Assembly: GCA_964649415.1 (NCBI GenBank)
Contig: CAZYSK010000024.1
Location: 4,711-68,710 of the forward strand
Reading direction: 5' to 3'
DNA: 64,000 nucleotides
Source: an uncultured Anaerolineales bacterium
GTDB lineage: Bacteria > Chloroflexota > Anaerolineae > B4-G1
Under the pieces are notes generated by a model. The model had not been told where the DNA came from. It ran no database searches and worked only from the letters and a program-made list of their open reading frames with translations. The position numbers and the translations under genes are program-made. Below, piece after piece: positions 26,891 through 35,171 of this stretch. Numbering within the stretch: the first letter of the stretch is position 1; each line of letters opens with the position of its first letter.

Positions 26891-28129
26891 GTGCGCACTG
26901 GCATTCTCATCGTCGGACTTAGCACACGCGCCATCGCCGAGTCGGCGGTGAGGGGGGGGCATCAGGTCGTCACACTGGACTACTTTGGCGATCGGGATCA
27001 GCGGGAGCTGGTGGAGAACCACGCGCTCCTGCGAGATCCTACACTGATTGGTGAGACCTGCCCCTCCTTCAGCGCCGCAGCACTGGAGCAAGCCAGCCGT
27101 TCTCTTGACTTCGAGTCAGTTGTGTACATCTCCAATCTGGAGAACCATCCCGAGGTGGTTGAAGAACTGGCACAGGGGCGCGTTCTGCTCGGGAACGCGC
27201 CCACTGTGCTCTATCAGGTGCGCGACTGGCGCACGCTGCGGGCCTTCTGCCATGAGGTTGGGGTTGCCTGTCCGCACACGTTGCTAGCTGGAGAGGGGGC
27301 GGCGGCTGACGGGGGCAACCGCTGGCTACGCAAGCCGGTCCGCAGCGGCGGAGGGCACGGCGTCCAGCCGTGGGATGGCAGGCCGTTAGGCCAGTCTCAC
27401 TTCCTGCAGGCGTATGTTGAAGGTCGGCCTGCGTCTGCGGCCTTCGTGGCCGATGGGAAGCGGTGCGTGGTGATCGGCCTGACGGAGCAACTCATTGGGC
27501 GGGGTGAGCTGGGGGCACAGGGCTTCGGCTGGTGTGGCAACATCCTTCCGTTGGCAGGGGGGGACAACGAATCGGGAAAGGAACGAAGGGGGGAAGGGGC
27601 GCAGCGGACTGCGCCTTGGAAGGACGAAGGGCTCGCCGTATTGGAGGAAGTGGAGCGGATGGCTGCTGCGCTCACTCGCCGCTTCGGTTTGCGGGGTGTG
27701 AACGGGCTGGATTTGATCGTGGCGCGCGACCGAGACGGTGGTCCACGCGCGATCCTGGTGGAGGTCAACCCCCGCTACACGGCCTCGATGGAATTGGTCG
27801 AGCGAGCATACGGGCTTAACATCTTCTCGCTGCACGTGGAAGCGATGGACGGTCGATTGCCTGACTTTCGGCTGGCGGAGCACTTGTACGCTCGGGGTCT
27901 GTGGTTTGCCAAAGGGATCGTCTACGCCAGGCGACCGGTGACTATGCCGGAGACAGGCGGGTGGGTGAAACGGGGCAGGCGGGACATTCCCTTCCCCGGC
28001 GAGCGGATCGAGGCTGGCCATCCCGTGTGTACGGTTCTAGCAGAAGGTGAGGGGCGAGATACGTGCTGGCAGCATTTGTTGGCGGGCGTCGCAGACGTCC
28101 GGCAGGAGATCGGAGACCTGACAGAGTGA
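26891..28129 (+). CDS. ATP-grasp domain protein of the C1-cofactor cluster (Orf17/OrfY- or MfnD-like)
   Basis: 412 aa from GTG 26891. ATP-grasp core: WLRKPVRSGGGHGV, FLQAYVEG, GVNGLDLIV, LVEVNPRYTASMEL. It carries the family B insert at 27559-27619. The exact substrate cannot be told from sequence. Confidence 0.7.
   Translation: MRTGILIVGLSTRAIAESAVRGGHQVVTLDYFGDRDQRELVENHALLRDPTLIGETCPSFSAAALEQASRSLDFESVVYISNLENHPEVVEELAQGRVLLGNAPTVLYQVRDWRTLRAFCHEVGVACPHTLLAGEGAAADGGNRWLRKPVRSGGGHGVQPWDGRPLGQSHFLQAYVEGRPASAAFVADGKRCVVIGLTEQLIGRGELGAQGFGWCGNILPLAGGDNESGKERRGEGAQRTAPWKDEGLAVLEEVERMAAALTRRFGLRGVNGLDLIVARDRDGGPRAILVEVNPRYTASMELVERAYGLNIFSLHVEAMDGRLPDFRLAEHLYARGLWFAKGIVYARRPVTMPETGGWVKRGRRDIPFPGERIEAGHPVCTVLAEGEGRDTCWQHLLAGVADVRQEIGDLTE
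27559..27619 (+). repeat. Composite repeat B (module B1 27559-27592 + hairpin module B2 27596-27619), in-frame in the ATP-grasp CDS
   Basis: GGGGGACAACGAATCGGGAAAGGAACGAAGGGGG is identical to 42664-42697. GGGGCGCAGCGGACTGCGCCTTGG is identical to the units at 44644-44742. It is translated as GDNESGKERRGEGAQRTAPW. Confidence 0.85.
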
Positions 28130-28143
28130 AGGAGACGAGGCGG

Positions 28144-28488
28144 ATGAGTACATCCGTGAGCAAGTGTTTCACGTTGATTACCGGGCGCACGCCTGAACAG
28201 GGGAAAGGGTTGCACGTGGGCAAGGATTCGGACGTGTACCGCGAGGCAACCGCTGCGGTGATGATGGGCGAAGGGGACATGGCCCACCTTGGCGTCAAGG
28301 AGGGGCAGATTGTCCGAGTCCGGACGGCGGCAGGACAGGTGGAAGTGCCGGTGCGGGCGGAGTCGCTTCCTGAGGGGCTGTTGTTTATGCCGATGGGGCC
28401 GATGGCGAATGTGCTGATTGGGACGGGCACGGAGGGGACGGGCATGCCCCACTTCAAGGGATTGGAGGCGGAGGTGGAGGCAGCATGA
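28144..28488 (+). CDS. fwdD: Formylmethanofuran dehydrogenase subunit D (molybdopterin-dinucleotide-binding-domain protein)
   Basis: 114 aa. FTLITGRT.EQG, GEGDMAHLGVKEGQIVRVRTAAGQVEVPV and GLLFMPMGP are typical of FwdD/FmdD. The stop overlaps the fwdB ATG (ATGA). Confidence 0.8.
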   Translation: MSTSVSKCFTLITGRTPEQGKGLHVGKDSDVYREATAAVMMGEGDMAHLGVKEGQIVRVRTAAGQVEVPVRAESLPEGLLFMPMGPMANVLIGTGTEGTGMPHFKGLEAEVEAA

Positions 28489-29783
28489 CGCGGACGCAGG
28501 AGTCCAACGTGTTCGAGAACGTGGTGTGTTCTTTCTGTGGCTGTCTGTGCGACGACCTGGCGGTAGAGGTGGATGGGGGGCGTATCACGCGGGTGCGCAG
28601 GGCATGCGCCAACGGGCGTGGGCTCTTCACGCACTACGATCCATCGCCCCGGCGACCTCGCGTGAATGGCCGGGAGGTGGATTGGGACGAAGCGGTTGCG
28701 GAGGCGGCACGCATCCTAAGCGCATCTGACAGCCCGTTGATCTATGGCCTCAGCTCCACGGCCACGGAAGCTCAGCGCAAGGCGGTGGAACTGGCGGACC
28801 GGCTGGGGGCGATGATAGACACCACGTCGTCGGTGTGCCACGGCCCCACAGGGCTGGCGATGCAGGCTGTGGGCGAGCCGACGTGTACACTGGGGGAGGT
28901 GCGGAACCGCGCTGATCTGCTGGTTTTCTGGGGCTGCAACCCAGCGGTCTCCCACATCCGCCACTTCTCGCGATATTCGGTGACGCCCAAGGGTATGCTC
29001 ACTCCCAATGGGCGCCGGGATCGGACCTTGGTCGTCGTGGACGTGCGGCCCACCGGCAGCACGAAGATGGCCGACCTCTTCCTGCAGGTGAAGCCGGGTT
29101 CCGACTTCGAGGTGCTGACGGCGCTGCGAGCGCTGGTAGGTGGGAAGGAACTCGACGCGGAGGCGGTGGGCGGCGTCCCGCTGTCGCAACTGCGAGACCT
29201 CGCGGAGCGGATGAAGACGTGCCGTTTCGGGGTGGCGTTTATGGGCATGGGGCTGACGCAGACCGGAGGGCGGGATCTCAACGTGAGCGAGCTTTTCACG
29301 TTAGTGGCCGAGTTGAACGCGCACACGCGTTTCACCGTCATCCCGATGCGAGGACACGGGAACGTGGCCGGAGCGGATCAGGTGGTGACCTGGCAGAGTG
29401 GCTATCCGTTCGCTGTCAGCTACTCACGTGGCTATCCCCGCTATGGCCCCGGCGAGTTCTCGGCGGTGGACGTGTTGGCACGAGGGGAGGCGGACGCGGC
29501 CCTGATTGTGGCCTCAGACCCGGTGGCCCATTTCCCGAAGGCGGCCGCCCAGCAATTGGAGCGCATCCCGGTCATCGCTCTCGACCCGATGCCGAGCCTG
29601 ACGACGGAGGTCGCGCAGGTGGTCTTTCCTACCGCCTGCTATGGCGTGGATGCGGCCGGCACGGCCTATCGCATGGATGGCGTGCCCATCCGGCTCCGGC
29701 CGGTGCTCCCTTCGGTGCGTCCGACCGACGAGAAGGTCTTGGGTGATATCAGTGCCTTAGTGCAGCCTGGGATGGTGATGTGA
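28485..29783 (+). CDS. fwdB: Formylmethanofuran dehydrogenase subunit B
   Basis: 432 aa. N-terminal Fe-S motif VVCSFCGCLCDD...ACANG. TTSSVCHGPTGLAMQ carries Cys118-His119 (TGC 28836-28838). RNRADLLVFWGCNP, IPMRGHGNVAG and GTAYRMDGVPIRL align closely with archaeal FwdB as I recall it. Confidence 0.9.
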   Translation: MTRTQESNVFENVVCSFCGCLCDDLAVEVDGGRITRVRRACANGRGLFTHYDPSPRRPRVNGREVDWDEAVAEAARILSASDSPLIYGLSSTATEAQRKAVELADRLGAMIDTTSSVCHGPTGLAMQAVGEPTCTLGEVRNRADLLVFWGCNPAVSHIRHFSRYSVTPKGMLTPNGRRDRTLVVVDVRPTGSTKMADLFLQVKPGSDFEVLTALRALVGGKELDAEAVGGVPLSQLRDLAERMKTCRFGVAFMGMGLTQTGGRDLNVSELFTLVAELNAHTRFTVIPMRGHGNVAGADQVVTWQSGYPFAVSYSRGYPRYGPGEFSAVDVLARGEADAALIVASDPVAHFPKAAAQQLERIPVIALDPMPSLTTEVAQVVFPTACYGVDAAGTAYRMDGVPIRLRPVLPSVRPTDEKVLGDISALVQPGMVM

Positions 29784-31471
29784 TGCTAGGAATCCTGAAC
29801 GGTCGAGTATACGACCCGATAAATGGGGTGAACGGCGAGGTCAAGGACCTGTGGATTGAGGACGGGCGGGTGGTTGCCCCGAGTGACGTGGATCGTGGCG
29901 GCGCGCAGACCATAGATGCGACGGACCTGGTGGTGATGCCCGGCGGTGTGGACGTCCACAGCCACTTTGCTGGGGCCAAGGTGAACTCGGGGCGCAAATT
30001 CCGTCCAGAGGATCACCGTGGGCACGTGCGGGCGCGGGGGAGTACGCCGGATGGGAGTGATACACGATGGCGTGGGGGGCGGATGGGCATGACCCGGTCC
30101 GGCGTGGGCTACACGACCCCAACGACGCATCTGACCGGATACCTCTACGCGGAGATGGGCTACACCACGGTGATGGAGGCTGCCTCTGCTCCCCTGGTGG
30201 CCCGCCATACCCACGAGGAGTTCGACGATGTCCCCATCTTGGACAAAGGCGCGTACATCACGATGGGCAACAATCACTTCATCATGCGCTGCATCCGTGA
30301 TGGGGAGCGGGAGAAGGCCCGGGACTACGTGGCCTGGTTGCTGGACGCGACCAAGGGTTACGCGATCAAGGTCGTCAACCCGGGTGGGGTAGAGAACTGG
30401 AAATGGGGCCAGAACGTGGCGCGCCTGGATGACGAAGTCATCGGTTTCGGTGTCACCCCCAGGCAGATTCTCACCACGCTGTCCTGGATCAATGACGACC
30501 TCGGCCTGCCTCACGTGCCGCACCTCCACAGCCTGAACCTGGGGCAGGCGGGGAACGTGCCCTCGACGATCGAGGTGATTGAGGCGCTCGACGGGCGACG
30601 GGCGCATATCTGTCACCTCCAGTTCTTCAGCTACGGCGGCGAGCCCGGCAAGATGCCGCGCTCCGGCGCGGTGGAGATCGCCCAGGCGGTGAACGCGCAC
30701 CCCCTCCTCACCGTGGATGTGGGGCAGGTGATCTTCGGCGAGGCAACGACGATGACGTCCGATGGCCCCCTCCAGTACCGGTTGCATCAGTTGACGGGCA
30801 ACAAGTGGTTGAACGACGATGTGGAGGGAGAGACGGGCGGCGGGCTGGTGCCCGTGCTCTACAAGCGGTCTAATGCGTTCAACGCGGTGCAATGGCTGAC
30901 CGGCATGGAGCTCTTCCTGCTCATCGAGGATCCGTGGCGGGTCTTCCTCACCACGGACCACCCGAATGCCGGCCCGTTCTTCTACTATCCGCGCGTGATC
31001 AAACTGTTGATGGACCGTGACTACCGGGCAGAGGCGTTGGCGGGCATATCGGCCCGGGTGCGAAGGGGGGCGCTGCTTCCCGAACTGGATCGGGAGTACT
31101 CGCTGTACGAAATCGCGATTATCACCCGAGCGGGCACGGCTCGCGTGCTGGGTCTCAAGAACAAGGGCCATCTGGGGGTGGGGGCCGACGCTGACGTGAC
31201 CATCTATGCACCGCTGGAGGATAAAGAGGAGATGTTCGCCCATCCTCGATACGTGCTCAAGGATGGTGAGGTGGTGGTGAAGGACGGCCGGCTCGTGAGC
31301 GAGCGACCGGGGCGCACGTTCTACGTCAGTCCACCGCACGATCCGGGGATCGAGGCGGACATCCGCGCCCACTTCGAGACGTGCTATAGCATGTCGTTCG
31401 ACAACTACCCGGTCCAGCCAGAGTATCTGCCCCACGGCGACGTTGTGGCCTGTGCAGGGGGCGGACATTGA
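29780..31471 (+). CDS. fwdA: Formylmethanofuran dehydrogenase subunit A (amidohydrolase)
   Basis: 563 aa. VVMPGGVDVHSHF (the HxH metal site), HVPHLHSLN, HICHLQF, FLTTDHPN. The start (GTG 29780 or ATG 29783) overlaps the fwdB stop. Confidence 0.9.
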   Translation: MMLGILNGRVYDPINGVNGEVKDLWIEDGRVVAPSDVDRGGAQTIDATDLVVMPGGVDVHSHFAGAKVNSGRKFRPEDHRGHVRARGSTPDGSDTRWRGGRMGMTRSGVGYTTPTTHLTGYLYAEMGYTTVMEAASAPLVARHTHEEFDDVPILDKGAYITMGNNHFIMRCIRDGEREKARDYVAWLLDATKGYAIKVVNPGGVENWKWGQNVARLDDEVIGFGVTPRQILTTLSWINDDLGLPHVPHLHSLNLGQAGNVPSTIEVIEALDGRRAHICHLQFFSYGGEPGKMPRSGAVEIAQAVNAHPLLTVDVGQVIFGEATTMTSDGPLQYRLHQLTGNKWLNDDVEGETGGGLVPVLYKRSNAFNAVQWLTGMELFLLIEDPWRVFLTTDHPNAGPFFYYPRVIKLLMDRDYRAEALAGISARVRRGALLPELDREYSLYEIAIITRAGTARVLGLKNKGHLGVGADADVTIYAPLEDKEEMFAHPRYVLKDGEVVVKDGRLVSERPGRTFYVSPPHDPGIEADIRAHFETCYSMSFDNYPVQPEYLPHGDVVACAGGGH

Positions 31472-31491
31472 CCGTGCGTCCAGGACACTTG

Positions 31492-32061
31492 ATGAGCATC
31501 GCCTGGGGAGTCACGGGCGGTGGTCATTTTCTGCAGGAGTGCGTCGACTTGGTTCGGGAGCTCGGTGAGGCGGAATTTGGGGGTGCGGCCAAGATGGCCG
31601 CGGTCCGAGTGGACGTCTTCCTCTCCCTCGCGGGTGAGGAGGTACTGCGCATGTATGGCCTGGCGGACGCGGTGCACCGGTCAGCCAGGGCGGTAGTGCG
31701 GGACAACATGAGCAGTGCGCCCGTCGTGGGTCGCTTTGCCCAACCCGACCGGTATCGCGCCCTGGTCATTGCCCCGGCCACGTCGAATACAGTGGCCAAG
31801 TTTGTCTTGGGCATCTCCGATTCCCTGATCACCAACCTGTTTGCCCAGGCCGGGAAAAACCGGGTGCCGACTCTGGTGCTACCCACGGATCTCGCGCCCG
31901 AGATGGACACCGTCACGCCCAGTGGAAGGACGATCAAGGTCTACCCGCGCGAGGTCGACCTGGAGAACACGGCCAGGCTGCGCGAGTTCCCGAACGTAGC
32001 GGTGGTGGAAGATCTGGAGGGACTTCGATGTCGGTTGCAGGGCCTAGATACCTGTTCGTAA
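31492..32061 (+). CDS. AfpA/DmrB-like flavoprotein (candidate dihydromethanopterin reductase)
   Basis: 189 aa from ATG 31492. MSIAWGVTGGGHFL and LVIAPATSNTVAKFVLGISDSLITNL are typical of the flavoprotein (PF02441-type) fold. Function is inferred from cluster context. TTG 31468 is an alternative start. Confidence 0.65.
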   Translation: MSIAWGVTGGGHFLQECVDLVRELGEAEFGGAAKMAAVRVDVFLSLAGEEVLRMYGLADAVHRSARAVVRDNMSSAPVVGRFAQPDRYRALVIAPATSNTVAKFVLGISDSLITNLFAQAGKNRVPTLVLPTDLAPEMDTVTPSGRTIKVYPREVDLENTARLREFPNVAVVEDLEGLRCRLQGLDTCS

Positions 32062-33380
32062 CCGGCAAGCTGGCGGCGGATGCGCTCACGGCGGCGCTGG
32101 AGCGGATGGCGCCCGATTTCGAGTACGAGGTGGCCGTGCTCGACTACTCGGTGGCGGCTCTGATGAGTACTGACTGGATCGCACGGCAACTGGTGGATGC
32201 CCGGCGGTGCGAGGAGATTATGATCTCCGGGTGGTGTCAGGGCGATCTATCCGTCATCGAGGAGCGGCTGGGGGTTCCGGTGACTCGCGGCCCCAAGGAT
32301 CTCAAGGACTTGCCCGCCCTATTCGGTCGCGAACGGGTGATGCCAGGCTACGGCCAGTACCGGGTGAAGATCCTGGCCGAGGTCGTGGACGCTCATCGGT
32401 TGCCCTGGGAGGACATTCTGACCCGGGCCGAGTACTACCACGCCAGCGGAGCCGACATCATTGACCTGGGGTGTCCGGTGCAGGGCGGTTTCCCCCACGT
32501 GGGCGAGGTCGTGAGGAAGCTGAAGGAGCGCGGCTTTCTCGTCAGTGTGGACACCTTTGATCACGAGACGATCCTGCACGCCGATGCGGCGGGCGTGGAC
32601 TTCCTGCTGAGTGTCAACTCGAAGAACATCGAACTGGCCCCGCGTCTTGGGTGCAAGGTGGTGGTTATCCCCGATTTCGACCAGGGGCTGCCTTCCCTGG
32701 AACGCAATATTGCCCGGCTGGAGGAATGGGGGGTTCCGTATATCGTTGACCCGGTGCTGAATCCCATCAGCTTCGGTTTCACGGAATCCATCCATCGGTT
32801 CTACGAGGTGAGGCAGCGATACCCGGATGCAGAGATGCTCATGGGGTTGGGGAACCTGACCGAGCTGACCGAGGCGGACAGCACCGGCATCAACGCCGTG
32901 ATGGCCGGGATGCTTTCGGAGTTGGAGATAGACTACGTCCTGACCACAGAGGTGATCAGTTGGGCCAGAGGAGCGGTGCGCGAACTGGATCTGGCGCGCA
33001 AGCTGATGTACTACTCTCGTCAGAACCAGGTTCTGCCCAAGCACGTGGACAGCAGCCTGGTGACGGTTAAGGACCCGCTGCACGGATACACGTACTATGG
33101 CGAAGCAGATCTACGGCTGATGCAATCCCAGGTGCGGGATCGGAACTTCCGTATCTTCACCGACGACGAGCAAATCACCGTGTTCAACAGTGAGATGTTT
33201 GTCGTGGGCACCGATCCGGATGAGGTTTTCGCCCGCCTTGGCGTGAGCGAGGGCTCACACGCCTTCTACCTGGGGCGGGAGTTGGAGCGGGCGGCTCTGG
33301 CTGTGAGGCTGGGCAAGAGATACACGCAGGAGGAGCCGCTGCGATGGGGGTACTTGAGCGATCGGATTCGGAAGGGCTGA
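32028..33380 (+). CDS. Dihydropteroate-synthase-like pterin-binding protein with N-terminal extension (Orf20/MJ0301-type H4MPT biosynthesis enzyme)
   Basis: 450 aa. RYLFVTGKLA N-domain, then a pterin-binding barrel (GADIIDLGC, VSVDTF, LLSVNS, IVDPVL, GLGNLTELTEADSTG). GGAGGG lies 6 nt before ATG 32028. Confidence 0.75.
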   Translation: MSVAGPRYLFVTGKLAADALTAALERMAPDFEYEVAVLDYSVAALMSTDWIARQLVDARRCEEIMISGWCQGDLSVIEERLGVPVTRGPKDLKDLPALFGRERVMPGYGQYRVKILAEVVDAHRLPWEDILTRAEYYHASGADIIDLGCPVQGGFPHVGEVVRKLKERGFLVSVDTFDHETILHADAAGVDFLLSVNSKNIELAPRLGCKVVVIPDFDQGLPSLERNIARLEEWGVPYIVDPVLNPISFGFTESIHRFYEVRQRYPDAEMLMGLGNLTELTEADSTGINAVMAGMLSELEIDYVLTTEVISWARGAVRELDLARKLMYYSRQNQVLPKHVDSSLVTVKDPLHGYTYYGEADLRLMQSQVRDRNFRIFTDDEQITVFNSEMFVVGTDPDEVFARLGVSEGSHAFYLGRELERAALAVRLGKRYTQEEPLRWGYLSDRIRKG

Positions 33381-33399
33381 TATTTGGAGGTAGTAGAGG

Positions 33400-34284
33400 A
33401 TGCACATCAACGGCGTTGAGATTGAGGACACCTTCGCCGAGGCGTTCAAGATGCGGGCTGCACGGTTGCTCATCACTGCGATTAACCCGCAGTGGGCGAT
33501 GACGGCGGCGCAAGTGAGCACGGGTTTCGCCACATCGGTCATCGCATGTGGCTGCGAGGCCGGCATCGAAGGGGTCGTCCCGTCGGACGTGACACCCGAT
33601 GGCCGCCCCGGCGTGAGTATTCTCATCTTCACAATGGGGCCAAAGGGGATGAAGGATCAGTTGATGCGCCGCGTGGGCCAGTGTATCATGACTTGTCCCA
33701 CGACGGCCTGCTTCAACGGCCTGGAGGGCGAGGAGTGGCTCAAGATCGGCGGGACGCTGCGCTACTTCGGCGATGGGTTCCAGGCGAGCAAGCTCGTGGG
33801 GGGGCGGAGGTTCTGGCGGATACCGGTGATGCAGGGCGAGTTCCTGGTGGAAGAGCAGTTCGGCATGAAGAAAGCCGTTGGCGGCGGGAACTTCCTTATC
33901 CTGGGCGAAAGCGTCGAGGCCACGCTTGGGGCGGCCGAACGGGCGGTGGAGGCGATGCACGCAGTGGAGGGGGTGGTGATGCCGTTCCCCGGTGGCATCG
34001 TACGCAGTGGCAGCAAGACGTCGTCACAGTACAAGTTCCTGCATGCCTCGACCAACACCGCGTACTGTCCTAGCCTCCGTCGCCAGACCGACAGCGCGCT
34101 GCCGGAGGGCGTCAATTCCGTGCTGGAGATCGTGATCGATGGGCTGGATGAGGATGCGGTGAGAGAGGCGACGCGGGTGGGCGTCGATGCGGCGTGCCGG
34201 CCCGGCATCGTGCGCATCTCGGCGGGCAACTACGGTGGCACTTTGGGGCAATACCAGATTCATCTGCAGGAGTTGTGGAAGTGA
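33400..34284 (+). CDS. ftr: Formylmethanofuran:tetrahydromethanopterin N-formyltransferase
   Basis: 294 aa. VEIEDTFAEAF.MRAARLLITA, GFATSVIACGCEAGIE, RIPVMQGEFLVEE, GGGNFLILG, MPFPGGIVRSGSK, ISAGNYGG.LG match Ftr/FhcD. Confidence 0.9.
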   Translation: MHINGVEIEDTFAEAFKMRAARLLITAINPQWAMTAAQVSTGFATSVIACGCEAGIEGVVPSDVTPDGRPGVSILIFTMGPKGMKDQLMRRVGQCIMTCPTTACFNGLEGEEWLKIGGTLRYFGDGFQASKLVGGRRFWRIPVMQGEFLVEEQFGMKKAVGGGNFLILGESVEATLGAAERAVEAMHAVEGVVMPFPGGIVRSGSKTSSQYKFLHASTNTAYCPSLRRQTDSALPEGVNSVLEIVIDGLDEDAVREATRVGVDAACRPGIVRISAGNYGGTLGQYQIHLQELWK

Positions 34285-35171
34285 GGAGCACTACACTGCG
34301 TTTGAGGGACTCGGTCACTCTCCCCGTCGAGGCGGAGAGTATATCGCCCGACCGGTTTGCCGGGCTCAGTCAGGAGGAGGTGGCGGCGCTACCACTCCTG
34401 TATGGGCGGCGACCGGTGACTGTCGGCGATCTGTTCGTGGTGGAAGGGGCGGACGTTGCGGACATTCAGGTGGGACGCACTTCAGAAAGTGCGTCCCACC
34501 TGGTTGGTCGTGCGTCCGATGGGGAGGAGATCCTCCTCGAAGGTGATCTCAGTCACGTGAAGCGGATCGGGCAGGGGATGGCCAGTGGACGGATCACCAT
34601 CCGAGGCAATGTCGGCATGCATCTTGGAGCCGAGATGAGCGGGGGGGAGATCGTCGTCCACGGGAACGCCGCGGCGTGGATGGGCGCGCACATGTCCGGT
34701 GGGGTCATCCGCGTGCGGGGGGACGTCGGCCCGATGGCCGGCGCTGCCTATCCGGGAGAGAAGCGCGGTATGCGCGGCGGTTCTATTCTCGTGGAAGGAA
34801 GCGCCGGGCCGCGGGTGGGGGAGCGCATGCGGCGCGGGCTGATCGCCGTCCAGGGCGACGTGGGAGAGTTCTCCGGGGTGCGGATGATCGCCGGATCGCT
34901 CTTCGTGTTTGGCACGTTGGGGCCGAGGGCGGGCGCTGGCATGAAGCGCGGCACGATCGTCGCGCTGGGATCTATTGAGGGCGACCTGCTGCCTGTGTTC
35001 CACTATGCCTGCTCCTATCAGCCGGCCTTCCTGCGCACTTATCTGCGCCACCTGCGCGGGTGGGGTTTGCCCGTCACGTCAGATCACGTCGAGGGAGTCT
35101 TTCGCCGCTACGTTGGTGACATCACGACTCTGGGAAAAGGGGAGATTCTGGTCTATGATCGGCGTCAATGA
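34281..35171 (+). CDS. fwdC: Formylmethanofuran dehydrogenase subunit C
   Basis: 296 aa from GTG 34281 (GTGA overlap with ftr). VTVGDLFVVEG, then the repeated G-x-x-x-G beta-helix motifs (GRITIRGNVGMHLGAEMSGGEIVVHGNAAAWMGAHMSGGVIRVRGDVG...). It carries the family A insert at 34449-34506. Confidence 0.85.
   Translation: MRSTTLRLRDSVTLPVEAESISPDRFAGLSQEEVAALPLLYGRRPVTVGDLFVVEGADVADIQVGRTSESASHLVGRASDGEEILLEGDLSHVKRIGQGMASGRITIRGNVGMHLGAEMSGGEIVVHGNAAAWMGAHMSGGVIRVRGDVGPMAGAAYPGEKRGMRGGSILVEGSAGPRVGERMRRGLIAVQGDVGEFSGVRMIAGSLFVFGTLGPRAGAGMKRGTIVALGSIEGDLLPVFHYACSYQPAFLRTYLRHLRGWGLPVTSDHVEGVFRRYVGDITTLGKGEILVYDRRQ
34449..34506 (+). repeat. Repeat family A copy 1 (58 nt, 16-bp hairpin), in-frame in fwdC
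   Basis: 58/58 identical to 39417-39474. The core is CAGGTGGGACGCACTT-CAGA-AAGTGCGTCCCACCTG (34467-34502). It is translated as ADVADIQVGRTSESASHLV. Confidence 0.9.

Noticed and set aside
28836-28838. Possible selenocysteine at the FwdB active site.
   Set aside because: The codon is TGC (Cys), the reading frame has no in-frame TGA, and there is no SECIS-like requirement.
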